DNA of 64,000 bases, taken from positions 7,532 to 71,531 of IMG/VR virus record IMGVR_UViG_3300011116_000673. One strand, given 5' to 3'. Origin of the DNA: a virus. Below the pieces are notes generated by a model. That model was not told the origin of the DNA and ran no database searches. It saw nothing but the letters and a program-made list of their open reading frames with translations. Position numbers and translations under genes: made by a program. Of this stretch, positions 29,344-38,755 are shown in pieces (the stretch's first letter is position 1; every line of letters starts with the position of its first letter).

Positions 29344-30983
29344 TGGCTTTTAAATCTTTTAGAGTTCGTAGGGTTGACCTAGTCGGAAGTCCCGACATCA
29401 ACCCGTTTGGCTCCTATGTTCGTGGAACAGACACAGATGCTCCTGCAGGTTTAACACGTTCAGACGCCGATAGTGCGCTGCGAGCAGATGGGTTTATTGC
29501 AGCTATCCCTGTTTTTGCAAACGCAGAATTTAGCGCAACATCAACAACATATTCTTCTGTTAATTTATCGTGGTCACCTTTTGTGTTAATTAATCCCGCT
29601 ACAAATGGAGTTGGTATTTCAAACATTCAAGCAGTTGTAGTTGTCTACTCATCTACTGGTGCACCAGAAACTGTTGCCGATGGAACTATCATTAAAACAC
29701 AATCGTATAATGACCTAACGTACGCCGTAACTCATCAAAACGTTCCATCTGGTAAATGGGCTTATTACTCTTTGTTCTTATACTACAACCAGAGTGGAGT
29801 TGGAGCATCTGGAGTTAACTGGTATGAAAGGGTTGCAACATTACAAGAATTAGTGCCCAAAGATTATGGATTAACAGAACAACTTTGGAATCGCATCCCC
29901 TCTTATTATCGGGTAAACGACACTTTAGGAGCAGCAACTGACCCGATTGGTTTGTCTCGTGGATACCTGTATCGGTTTTTAGATGTTTTTGGTTTTGAAT
30001 TTAATAAAATGCGAACTTTATTACAATCTGTTATTTCCCAATATGATCCTGAAGAAACAGAAACTGAAAGCATTGAGCAACTATCTAAATTAGTAGGTTT
30101 AGAAGTAACTCCACAGGACATTGGTACATCACGAATCAGAACAATTATTAAAGATATTACTTACTACAGACAACGTAAAGGAACGTTAGATGCGTTTAAA
30201 CAATATCTTGTTGCGCTTACGGGTTCTCAAGTTGACGTTGAAGAGTCAACAAGTAATCCTCGTTATTCCTTTAAGGTCCACGCCGAGCGAGCAAACTTAG
30301 TAGCAGATTCATTATTTGTAGTTGAATCTGGAACTAAAAAATGGAACTTAACAACACAATCTGCTTCTGTTACTTACACAAAATCAGGCAAGTACATTAC
30401 TGTAACTAACTCAGGAAGTTCATCAGCACAATTTGCTTTGATGTCCACCGTGGCTGTTCCAGTAAAAGACAATACCGATTATTGGTCTTCTATTGAAATT
30501 ACAACGGCTTCTGCTGGAAGTATTTGGAGTGCTCAATGGGCATCGGCATCGGCATCATGGTCTAACTGGTCAACCAGTAACCAAAGCAATCAAATTATTC
30601 CTGCAAACCTAAGTCCAGATAATAGAAAAATAATCTTAAAACCAGTACAGAACACCACGGCTATGTTGTATCCAGTTCTTATTTTTGGTTTAGAAGCTGG
30701 AAAATCCACCACAATAACTAAATGGATGGTTGAACCAAACACGTATGGAAGTTTTTTTAACGGAGACACAGATTTTGGTGGATTCGTATATCAAAACAAT
30801 AAATCAGATTACGGTTGGAGCGGCTCTCCATATGCTTCGTACTCAACTTATTCAACCAACCGAACAAAAGTTCAAGAAACTATTGAACTGTTGTTGCCAA
30901 AATTGTTGCCTGTTACTATGCTAATAAATACAGCAACAACTTTAGGACCAACTTCTTTTGATTGGATACCAGGAAAAACATGA
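29343..30983 (+). CDS. baseplate wedge/tail protein (P2 gpI-like central domain)
   Basis: LWNRIPSYYR, LYRFLDVFG, YRQRKGT. Confidence 0.65.
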   Translation: MAFKSFRVRRVDLVGSPDINPFGSYVRGTDTDAPAGLTRSDADSALRADGFIAAIPVFANAEFSATSTTYSSVNLSWSPFVLINPATNGVGISNIQAVVVVYSSTGAPETVADGTIIKTQSYNDLTYAVTHQNVPSGKWAYYSLFLYYNQSGVGASGVNWYERVATLQELVPKDYGLTEQLWNRIPSYYRVNDTLGAATDPIGLSRGYLYRFLDVFGFEFNKMRTLLQSVISQYDPEETETESIEQLSKLVGLEVTPQDIGTSRIRTIIKDITYYRQRKGTLDAFKQYLVALTGSQVDVEESTSNPRYSFKVHAERANLVADSLFVVESGTKKWNLTTQSASVTYTKSGKYITVTNSGSSSAQFALMSTVAVPVKDNTDYWSSIEITTASAGSIWSAQWASASASWSNWSTSNQSNQIIPANLSPDNRKIILKPVQNTTAMLYPVLIFGLEAGKSTTITKWMVEPNTYGSFFNGDTDFGGFVYQNNKSDYGWSGSPYASYSTYSTNRTKVQETIELLLPKLLPVTMLINTATTLGPTSFDWIPGKT

Positions 30984-31234
30984 ACTACATAATTTGTGCA
31001 CTAGCCGTTTACAAACTGTTACAAGTAATTGATTTGCTTTTACCTAAAGAAGCAATGCCTTGGGTTAAAGTTTTAGCGGGAGTTGTTGTCTCTTATGCAG
31101 CTTCGTTTATTGTTGATGTAGAAAACATTTGGTTGGGCGGTTTAGTCATTGCAACACTTGCTGGTTTATGCCACACAGTGCTACGATGTCTGACTTATCT
31201 AGGAGATATGGCACATAACAAGTCTTTAAAATAG
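30980..31234 (+). CDS. small membrane protein
   Basis: Three hydrophobic segments; ATGA overlap. Confidence 0.6.
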   Translation: MNYIICALAVYKLLQVIDLLLPKEAMPWVKVLAGVVVSYAASFIVDVENIWLGGLVIATLAGLCHTVLRCLTYLGDMAHNKSLK

Positions 31235-31243
31235 GAGGACAAC

Positions 31244-31870
31244 ATGCAGAAGTCTAGGTACTACATAATTGCTGGTACTGGTAATTCAAGCGCCAATGTA
31301 ATAGAAACTGGTTTAAGCGACGTGTCGTTGACCGCAAAAGAGTTTGTGGTTCTTTGGACTGGCAAACCCACCGATGGTCAGAGTCGTGTTTACGATTGGC
31401 TCATAGAACATTCAGCGTCATTCACAGTAATTCATTCCGATACAAAAGTTCATCACATTGTTGAGGGTGCTGCAAACAGAGTATTAAAAGTAGACAACCT
31501 TGTTGAAGATAGTTTGGACAGTTACCCTGATGCCACAGTACTTGTTTTATGGGATGAAGTTGCTACTTTTGACCAGCCCACTCAGTTTGTAGAAGAGACC
31601 GTTCTTATGGCTAATTCAAAGGGTATGGAGACTTTAGACCTTTGCAACGGTTTAGTCCCACTAACAGTTGGGGAACCAACAGAAGACAAGCCCGTAGAGG
31701 CCTCTAGGAAGCCCCAGGATGCGTCAAAAAAGGATACCCTTCCCCCTACACAGGATTCAAGTTCTAAGCCCTCTAATGAGCTGTATACGCTTACCTATGT
31801 AAATAACGGTCAACTTGCCACAATTAGTGGTTCTAAGAAAAAAATACTGGAGTTCTTAAACCCACAGTGA
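31244..31870 (+). CDS. hypothetical protein (possible SLOG-like fold)
   Basis: AGGAGG RBS; IIAGTG...VLVLWD pattern. Confidence 0.5.
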   Translation: MQKSRYYIIAGTGNSSANVIETGLSDVSLTAKEFVVLWTGKPTDGQSRVYDWLIEHSASFTVIHSDTKVHHIVEGAANRVLKVDNLVEDSLDSYPDATVLVLWDEVATFDQPTQFVEETVLMANSKGMETLDLCNGLVPLTVGEPTEDKPVEASRKPQDASKKDTLPPTQDSSSKPSNELYTLTYVNNGQLATISGSKKKILEFLNPQ

Positions 31871-31973
31871 GGACGTTGGTAAGAAGGGAAACCAACGCCC
31901 CCACTATCAAGTGGGCCTTGCGCAGTTACTAAATAACTCGCAATAGTAAACAGGAGAAGGGAACTGTTTACTT
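31866..31973 (-). ncRNA. putative antisense small RNA with three hairpins
   Basis: Minus-strand TGT-TATGCT -10 lies 6 nt before hairpin 1; two loops read UUCCCUUCU; stem mismatches resolve as G-U only on the minus strand. Confidence 0.6.
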
Positions 31974-32013
31974 ACCAAAAGCATAACACGATCACTAGAG
32001 AGGATGCAACTAT

Positions 32014-32589
32014 ATGAAACAGAAAAGTGCAGGCGAGAATACCAAATTAGGAGGTCCTTGGATTTCCATACCGACTTGGGTTGTTAAGTACATGAAAGGC
32101 GATTCCATAGCTTTGCACGTATTGACTTGTGCCATTGGTTACATGAATACACATGATCAAACTTTATCTACGACCTATGACGTTTTGGCTAGAGATACCG
32201 GATACAACCGTAGGACTGTGATTAGGGCTATGCATCGTTTGGTTGAGATTGGGGTCATTCGCAAAATTGTAAAGATGGGTAGGCATGGAAAGAACATGCC
32301 AAATTTGTACGTAATTACGTACAATACGGCAGCCGCAGAAGCCTTAATTAATGGGGGTGACTCCAGAGACACTGGGGTATTTAGTAGTGACTCTACAGAC
32401 ACTCCTGCAGTGACTCCAGAGACACTCATATTGAGTGACTCCACAGACACCCAAATAAGAAAGAAAAATAATTATAAGAAGGAAAACCAAAAGAAAGGGA
32501 AGAGTACTAAGAGCTTAGATCTATACTCAACGGACAGTCGGTGGAACCGACAGTTAAAACTTACTGACGGGAGAAACAGCAATGGGTAA
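32014..32589 (+). CDS. HTH replication initiator protein
   Basis: TYDVLARDTGYNRRTVIRAMHRLVEIGVI...PNLYVI HTH; internal iterons; upstream of DnaC/DnaB. Confidence 0.8.
   Translation: MKQKSAGENTKLGGPWISIPTWVVKYMKGDSIALHVLTCAIGYMNTHDQTLSTTYDVLARDTGYNRRTVIRAMHRLVEIGVIRKIVKMGRHGKNMPNLYVITYNTAAAEALINGGDSRDTGVFSSDSTDTPAVTPETLILSDSTDTQIRKKNNYKKENQKKGKSTKSLDLYSTDSRWNRQLKLTDGRNSNG
32357..32500. repeat. putative replication origin: four 16 bp iterons plus A-rich tract
   Basis: GTGACTCYASAGACAC at 32357, 32387, 32410 and 32435, then an A/purine-rich stretch. Confidence 0.8.
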
Positions 32590-32749
32590 AGGTATGCGGT
32601 GGATGTGGGAGTACAGCGAAAAAGAAATAAACGATAAAGGCAAAGAAGTGATAGTGCCCAAATTGTCTTTGACTCCAGTTGAGAACGGCAAAAAAATTAA
32701 AGTCATGTACATCGTTGATAAAAGCAAAAAGAGTTTGGATAATGATTGA
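32582..32749 (+). CDS. small hypothetical protein (not in ORF track)
   Basis: MGKGMRWMWEYSEKEINDKGKEVIVPKLSL...; overlaps both neighbours. Confidence 0.5.
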   Translation: MGKGMRWMWEYSEKEINDKGKEVIVPKLSLTPVENGKKIKVMYIVDKSKKSLDND

Positions 32750-33140
32750 TGATTGGGGCGGTAAAACATTAGGCGCCGACGAACCCGTCAGTAAACCGCC
32801 TGCTAAAAAGAAAAGTTCAACAACTGGATTGGTGGCTTACTTTAGAGATGCAACAATTAGTAAGAACATGACATTAAACGCTCCGGTTAACGGTATGGCT
32901 TTGATGAAAGTATTTAAGAACCTGCAAGAAAAAGGCGTGACAATAGAACAGATTTACAAAATGATTGACGTGTTTGCTCACGAGATTAAACAAACACCAT
33001 TGCCAACAGATGTACCAACGTGGAAAGGGTTTGCGTCGCGCTTGGATGCTTTAAAGAAAAAAGTAGATACACCATTGTCAAAGTACGATTATTCCGAATA
33101 CACTGTTGACAAGAGATTGATGAAAGGTACACATGAGTGA
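32742..33140 (+). CDS. hypothetical replication-module protein
   Basis: ORF from ATG 32742, coupled to the dnaC-like gene. Confidence 0.55.
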   Translation: MIDDWGGKTLGADEPVSKPPAKKKSSTTGLVAYFRDATISKNMTLNAPVNGMALMKVFKNLQEKGVTIEQIYKMIDVFAHEIKQTPLPTDVPTWKGFASRLDALKKKVDTPLSKYDYSEYTVDKRLMKGTHE

Positions 33141-33783
33141 ATGGCACTCTGCAAAGTATTGGCGCAACAGACAACCTATAGAGCGCCTAAAGAATGCGCA
33201 CATACCAAAACGCTTTACTAAAAAAACTTTAGATGATTACAACACGGAATTAGGAAGTCCTGATGTTGTTACATACGTTCGCCAATGGTTAACCAACATT
33301 GAACACAATAAAGAATGCGGAGAAGGTCTTTATTTCTTTGGCGGTTCTGGAAGTGGAAAGACACATGTTGCATGTGGTTTACTTCGTGAGATCGTTTTAA
33401 ATCACCAACTAAGTGGCTTTTTTATAACGGCTGAAAAGTTTGTTGAAGCATCATACGATGAGATGAATCCTGACAATGTTTTATCTGACATGTACTCCGA
33501 CGAATATATGTTGAAGTACATCAACGCTGTGTACGACGTTTTGGTTTTGGACAACCTTGGTTCAGAACGAATGACTGACTTTACAAAGAAGGCAATTACT
33601 TCTATGTTGAATAGTCGCTACGAACAACAGTTAATTACAATCATTACTAGTGAGATTCCATTATCACGTTTAAGCGATATTTATGGACCACGTGTTGCTT
33701 CTATTTTGAGTGAATGTTGCTGCGTGTTGCCTTTCTTAGGAAAGGATTATCGTTTATTGGACCCACATTATGCAGGGGAATGA
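33133..33783 (+). CDS. dnaC: DnaC/IstB-like helicase loader
   Basis: IPKRF, Walker A GGSGSGKT, LVLDNLGSE, SRY, ITS, GKDYR. Confidence 0.88.
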   Translation: MSEWHSAKYWRNRQPIERLKNAHIPKRFTKKTLDDYNTELGSPDVVTYVRQWLTNIEHNKECGEGLYFFGGSGSGKTHVACGLLREIVLNHQLSGFFITAEKFVEASYDEMNPDNVLSDMYSDEYMLKYINAVYDVLVLDNLGSERMTDFTKKAITSMLNSRYEQQLITIITSEIPLSRLSDIYGPRVASILSECCCVLPFLGKDYRLLDPHYAGE

Positions 33784-34210
33784 TTTAGCTTCCTTTTCTC
33801 CAATCTCTCAAGCAACAATGTTTGAGGGCGTTCTGGCATCAGAGCCGGAAGGGTTATCTAAAATTAGAGCACGTGTTGCACTGACTGCAAAAAATTGGGA
33901 ACAGTACATATCTTTTTGGAAGGTAAACGAAATACCTGTAAAGCACGCAATTGATTTAATTAACAGATATAACGTGGGGATAGTTGTTTATACGCTGTTG
34001 CCCGACTATCTTGTTGACAGCATTGAAAAGTGGTTAGTAAGAAAAGGGATATCAACAGTAGTAACGGCGTATAAATCAATTGATGAGTTAGCATACGACC
34101 TCAGATTTTTTCCGTCCATACAGAAGGTGTACACAGCAAATGAAGAGCACGCAAAGATTATTGGATTTAGATCCACGGTGGTTACACCCAAGACTGCGTG
34201 GTCTGCGTAA
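33770..34210 (+). CDS. hypothetical protein (degenerate HAD-like)
   Basis: MFEGVLA start resembles HAD motif I without the aspartates. Confidence 0.5.
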   Translation: MQGNDLASFSPISQATMFEGVLASEPEGLSKIRARVALTAKNWEQYISFWKVNEIPVKHAIDLINRYNVGIVVYTLLPDYLVDSIEKWLVRKGISTVVTAYKSIDELAYDLRFFPSIQKVYTANEEHAKIIGFRSTVVTPKTAWSA

Positions 34211-35469
34211 TGGCTAGTGCAGAACATCTCTTAATCAGCAAGGTAATTCAAACTAAAGATTTATCAGTTGCTCTAAAGGCTGGCGTAAAAGAAGACCACT
34301 TCACAGCAGAGTGGTCCAAAGTTTGGTCATGGTTAATTACCTTTTGGAGAGACCACGGCGAAGTTCCATCTAAGCGAGCGCTTAGTCAAGAGTTTGGAGA
34401 CATTCGTTTAATCACTGCTGAAGATGAACCATTTACAGCACTCATTGACGAGGTCTACGAAGCGTATCGTCATCGCAACTTGCTCGAGGCTATGGCTCTT
34501 GCAATGCCGTCTTTGGAAGCTGGAGACACTGCTAAAGCATTACTTGATCTTGCAAATGGTTTACAAAAGGCATCTGCAGAAACAGCACGGTTGCGTGACA
34601 TCAACCTTATTGAAACCTGGGAATCACGAGTTGACAAATACAAAGAATTACAAAGCACTCCAAACGCATTGCGTGGTATTCCAACTGGCCTACTTGGTTT
34701 AGACAGAATCACATCTGGGTTTAGACCACAGCAACTTATTACATTTGTAGGTGAAGCAAAGAAAGGTAAGTCCTTGATGACTCTCATCATGGCAAATGCC
34801 GCCCACCTTCACGGCAAGTCACCGCTATTTGTTTCGTTTGAAATGTCTGCTGAAGAGCAAGCAGCACGATACGACGCAATTGTTTCTAAGGTTGCCTACA
34901 CAAACATCTTGCGTGGTTCTTTGACGAACAACGAATTAGAAAAGATTGCAAGCACCTTGCGTATGCGAAAAAACATGCATCCATTTGTAGTCACGGAAGA
35001 TACGTCATCTCTAACAACCGTAAGTGCTCTTGCTGCGAAGGTAAAAGAATTTAAACCCGACATCTTGTTTGTTGACGGTGTGTACCTTATGGACGATGAG
35101 AATGGTGAGCCTAAAGGTTCGCCACAAGCACTTACCAACATCACTAGGTCGCTAAAACGTTTGGCACAAAATGCAGACATTCCAGTAATTGGCACAACTC
35201 AAGTTTTGTCTTGGAAACTTGGCAACAAGAAATCACGCAAGATTACTGCTGACTCAATTGGCTATACATCGTCTTTTGCCCAAGACTCAGACCTTATCGT
35301 TGGCGTGGAGTCAGACCCTGATATTGACAACCAATCAATCATCCGTGTGGTTCTTGCTCGTTCAGCACCACTAGGTGAGATTCGCATTAACTGGGATTGG
35401 AAGAACATGGACTTCACAGAAGTAGGAGAGGACGATGACGATGATGACAGCGATTCATGGTACTACTGA
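34210..35469 (+). CDS. dnaB: DnaB-like replicative helicase
   Basis: GIPTG, GEAKKGKS, SFEMS, FVDGVYLM, QDSD; acidic tail. Confidence 0.92.
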   Translation: MASAEHLLISKVIQTKDLSVALKAGVKEDHFTAEWSKVWSWLITFWRDHGEVPSKRALSQEFGDIRLITAEDEPFTALIDEVYEAYRHRNLLEAMALAMPSLEAGDTAKALLDLANGLQKASAETARLRDINLIETWESRVDKYKELQSTPNALRGIPTGLLGLDRITSGFRPQQLITFVGEAKKGKSLMTLIMANAAHLHGKSPLFVSFEMSAEEQAARYDAIVSKVAYTNILRGSLTNNELEKIASTLRMRKNMHPFVVTEDTSSLTTVSALAAKVKEFKPDILFVDGVYLMDDENGEPKGSPQALTNITRSLKRLAQNADIPVIGTTQVLSWKLGNKKSRKITADSIGYTSSFAQDSDLIVGVESDPDIDNQSIIRVVLARSAPLGEIRINWDWKNMDFTEVGEDDDDDDSDSWYY

Positions 35470-36364
35470 TATTGCAGATGTTTTAAAAAGTTTAGGTGTT
35501 GATGTCGTACGTGTTGGCGACACTGAGATTTCTGCTAGGTGTCCAGTACATCTAAACAGGACTGGTAAAGCTGATAGATCACCATCGTGGTCTATGAACG
35601 CTTCTAACGGATTATGGATTTGTTATTCGTGCGGCGCTAAAGGCACACTATCTCATTTAGTTTCTGAGCTAACCGGAGAAGCTGACTCTATTGTTGCTGT
35701 GCATGAGTTCTTAATCAACAACGGTCTTAACAGATTAACTAACCCAGTAGAAGTAGAACCTCAACAGCCAGTTGTGGATTGGATGGCGTTTAGTAAATTT
35801 GCCGTTCCTTCGGATGAGTTGTTGGCAAGTAGGAACTTAGATAGAGATGCGGCTCGTCGGTACGGTATCCGCTGGGATACCTCCACAAAAGCGTGGGTTA
35901 TCCCTATCGTGTCTCCTTTTGGAGAACTTCTAGGTTGGCAATCTAAATCCAAAACTAGAGTTTTAAATTACCCAGTGGGTGTTTCAAAATCAAGCACGCT
36001 GTTTGGTCTTGACAAAGCAGACTGTGACACTTGCGTTTTGGTTGAGTCCCCACTTGACGTTGTACGACTACACACTGCAATGGGCGGTTGCTGTGGATTA
36101 GCTTCGTTTGGTGCGCACATAAGTAAAACACAAATTTCATTACTTGCTAATCATGTTAATAAGTTGATAATCGCATTAGACAATGACTCAGCAGGAATTG
36201 CAGCAGCTCAAAAATTAAAAGAAAAATTGCCTGCGTTTAGAACCCCAGTACTGTGGGCTAAGTATTCTCATACTGAAGCAAAGGACATTGGGGACATGAC
36301 AGACGCGGAAGTTTACGAATCAATATCTAAAGCATCTGTATTCCCATGGTGGTTACATGTTTAA
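35435..36364 (+). CDS. dnaG: DNA primase (CHC2 Zn finger plus TOPRIM)
   Basis: CPVH...CYSC, VESPLD, ALDNDSAG, KDIGD. Confidence 0.9.
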   Translation: MTMMTAIHGTTDIADVLKSLGVDVVRVGDTEISARCPVHLNRTGKADRSPSWSMNASNGLWICYSCGAKGTLSHLVSELTGEADSIVAVHEFLINNGLNRLTNPVEVEPQQPVVDWMAFSKFAVPSDELLASRNLDRDAARRYGIRWDTSTKAWVIPIVSPFGELLGWQSKSKTRVLNYPVGVSKSSTLFGLDKADCDTCVLVESPLDVVRLHTAMGGCCGLASFGAHISKTQISLLANHVNKLIIALDNDSAGIAAAQKLKEKLPAFRTPVLWAKYSHTEAKDIGDMTDAEVYESISKASVFPWWLHV

Positions 36365-37901
36365 AGGAAACTTGTACCCATTCCAACAAGAAGCATCTGA
36401 CGCAATGGTAGACCGTGGTCAAATGCTTCTAGCTTTAGTTATGGGTGCTGGTAAGACCATTACAACATTATCTGCTTTGGAAACCCTAAAAGATCAAGGG
36501 GAAATAAAAAAAGCTTTGATTGTTGTGCCTTCATCACTTAAGTATCAATGGGAACGGGAAATTAAAAAGTTTACTGACTCTTCTAGCATTGTCATAGACG
36601 GAACAGTTAGCACTAGAAAAAAACAATGGAGGGCATCGCTTAGTGCCACTTACGTAATCATCAATTCTGAATCTTTAAAAAATGATTTGGCTGACTTTGA
36701 GAAACATACGTTTGATGCAATGGTTGTGGATGAAGCCACCATTATTAAATCGGCTAAAGCCAGGCGTTCTCGTTTAATAAAGAGAATAGGAAAGAGATAC
36801 CACTATCGATTTGCCTTAACTGGACAACCAATTGAAAATCGCCCTGAAGAATTGTTTTCCATTATGGAGTTTGTTGACCCCAAAGTGCTGGGTAAAGTTG
36901 ACATCTTTGATAGGACTTTTATCGTAAGAGACAGGTTTGGTAAACCAAGTCGTTACCGAAATCTAAAACAACTTCATAACAGCATGGAAGGTGTAATGAT
37001 TCGTAAGACTAGAGAAGACATTGCCGATCAACTACCCCAAGTTATACAACAAGTAATACCAGTTCCTTTTGATACTGCGGGCGCTGTTGTATACAGGAAG
37101 ATTGCACACGATCTATTGCAATCAATCCAGAAAGCAATTTCTCAAACAGGACGAGGCTTTGACATTTGGAGCCATTACTACGGCTCATCAGGCAACAAAG
37201 AAGCACAAGGAGACATCATGTCTAAGTTAATTGTGCTGCGAATGTTTTGTGACAACCCAGAGTTAGTTCATTGGTCGGCCAAGATGTATGCAGATGCGTC
37301 AACAGATTTAGGTAGCGAGTACGCAAATAAACTAGTGAACCAAGGTGTTATGCCACCAACATCCGGAACGCCAAAACTAGAAGCAGTAGTTCAGTACATT
37401 ACAGATGTTTTGGAACAGTCACCAAACAACAAAGTTGTTTTGTTTTCCTTCTTTAAAGAAAACCTTAGGTTGATTCAACGAGCTACTAAAAACCTAACTA
37501 ACAGCGTATTGTTCATGGGAGGCATGACAATGTTAGATAGGGATTCATCTAAACAACAATTTACCCAAGATCCCAAGACACGGCTGTTCCTATCGTCGGA
37601 TGCTGGTGGTTATGGAGTTGACTTACCCATTGCCAATTATTTAATTTCGTACGACCTGCCTTGGTCAGCAGGTAAACTAGATCAAAGAGAAGCCCGTATC
37701 ATCAGACTTTCTTCAGAATTTCCCCATGTCAATGTTGTTTCATTTGTGATGAAAGGTAGCATTGAGGAAAGACAATACGAAATGTTACAAGAAAAAAGAA
37801 ATATCAACAAAGCGTTTATAGATGGTGGATATGACACCAAAGGCGACTATAAACTTACTTTGGGAGCACTATCCGATTTCATAGCACATAGCGAGGTATG
37901 A
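36357..37901 (+). CDS. SNF2-family helicase
   Basis: MGAGKT, VVDEA, LTGQP, GGYGVDL, QREARIIR. Confidence 0.9.
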   Translation: MFKGNLYPFQQEASDAMVDRGQMLLALVMGAGKTITTLSALETLKDQGEIKKALIVVPSSLKYQWEREIKKFTDSSSIVIDGTVSTRKKQWRASLSATYVIINSESLKNDLADFEKHTFDAMVVDEATIIKSAKARRSRLIKRIGKRYHYRFALTGQPIENRPEELFSIMEFVDPKVLGKVDIFDRTFIVRDRFGKPSRYRNLKQLHNSMEGVMIRKTREDIADQLPQVIQQVIPVPFDTAGAVVYRKIAHDLLQSIQKAISQTGRGFDIWSHYYGSSGNKEAQGDIMSKLIVLRMFCDNPELVHWSAKMYADASTDLGSEYANKLVNQGVMPPTSGTPKLEAVVQYITDVLEQSPNNKVVLFSFFKENLRLIQRATKNLTNSVLFMGGMTMLDRDSSKQQFTQDPKTRLFLSSDAGGYGVDLPIANYLISYDLPWSAGKLDQREARIIRLSSEFPHVNVVSFVMKGSIEERQYEMLQEKRNINKAFIDGGYDTKGDYKLTLGALSDFIAHSEV

Positions 37902-37902
37902 C

Positions 37903-38322
37903 ATGAGCAAAATAATTAGACAACAACCTGAATCAACTTTTGATGAAACTTATGTCAGTAAACTTGTTAGTGAATTTCAAAACCACAAAGCAATGTTGGA
38001 AACAACACAAAAACGTTTGGACGGTTTTAAAAAAGAATTGACAGAAGTTCTTGACGCACACGGCAAGCCAGACGACAAAGGAAATTTGTGGATCAATCTT
38101 CCATCGTGCGAAATCAAACGAGAGCGCCGTGTTTCTAAAACTTTCAATGCTGCAGCAGCAGAAGCTTGGGCAAAAGAAAACGGGTATTGGGAAACCGTTA
38201 AAGAAGTCATTGAAGTTATCAGCGAAGACCGCTTGCTTGGTTTAGCATGGGATGATGATGACCTTCAAGAAAAAGTTAAATCGTTTTACGTGGAGAAGGA
38301 AACGTGGGCTTTAAAGGTATAG
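37903..38322 (+). CDS. hypothetical protein
   Basis: GAGG RBS; coiled-coil N-terminus. Confidence 0.6.
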   Translation: MSKIIRQQPESTFDETYVSKLVSEFQNHKAMLETTQKRLDGFKKELTEVLDAHGKPDDKGNLWINLPSCEIKRERRVSKTFNAAAAEAWAKENGYWETVKEVIEVISEDRLLGLAWDDDDLQEKVKSFYVEKETWALKV

Positions 38323-38729
38323 AAGACTACCCAGGAAAGCGCCCTCCAAAGAACAGGACAAAGCGTAAACCAAAGAAGATTGACGACCCATTTTTTGGTG
38401 TTAAATCTTCTTATTACGTCATCAAAGGGGAACGTACTGAAGTGTTTACAATTGGTCAATTAGCTAAAGTTTTAGGAAAAAAAACAGGAACTGTACGATC
38501 ATGGGAAACAAAAGGAATAATCCCAAAACCCATTTACCGGACAGCCCCTCCAGACAGAGGGCAGCTTCCTGGTGTAGAGGCAAAAGGAAGGAGGATTTAT
38601 ACACGCAAGCAGGTAGACTTGATAGTATTCGCAGTAAGCACAATAATTGGAGATACAGATCCAAGGGTTGTGACTGCTGAGAATTGGAATAAATTAAAGC
38701 AATACATAACAGACAACTGGAAAAAATAA
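38304..38729 (+). CDS. MerR-like HTH DNA-binding protein
   Basis: FTIGQLAKVLGKKTGTVRSWETKGIIP...RRIYT. Confidence 0.8.
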   Translation: MGFKGIEDYPGKRPPKNRTKRKPKKIDDPFFGVKSSYYVIKGERTEVFTIGQLAKVLGKKTGTVRSWETKGIIPKPIYRTAPPDRGQLPGVEAKGRRIYTRKQVDLIVFAVSTIIGDTDPRVVTAENWNKLKQYITDNWKK

Positions 38730-38755
38730 AACACACACACAAAGGACAAAGACAA

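Noticed and set aside
17792-30983. Extracellular contractile injection system or tailocin
   Set aside because: Terminase, portal, capsid and replisome genes are present, so this is a phage tail.
32357-32450. Repeat-spacer pattern as a mini CRISPR array (Cas4-like gene in the genome)
   Set aside because: Repeats are 16 bp with 7-14 bp gaps inside a coding initiator gene, which fits iterons; no cas1/cas2 is visible.
38729-38741. ACACACACAC run upstream of the SSB gene
   Set aside because: Short A/C-rich leader before an RBS; no evidence for phase variation.
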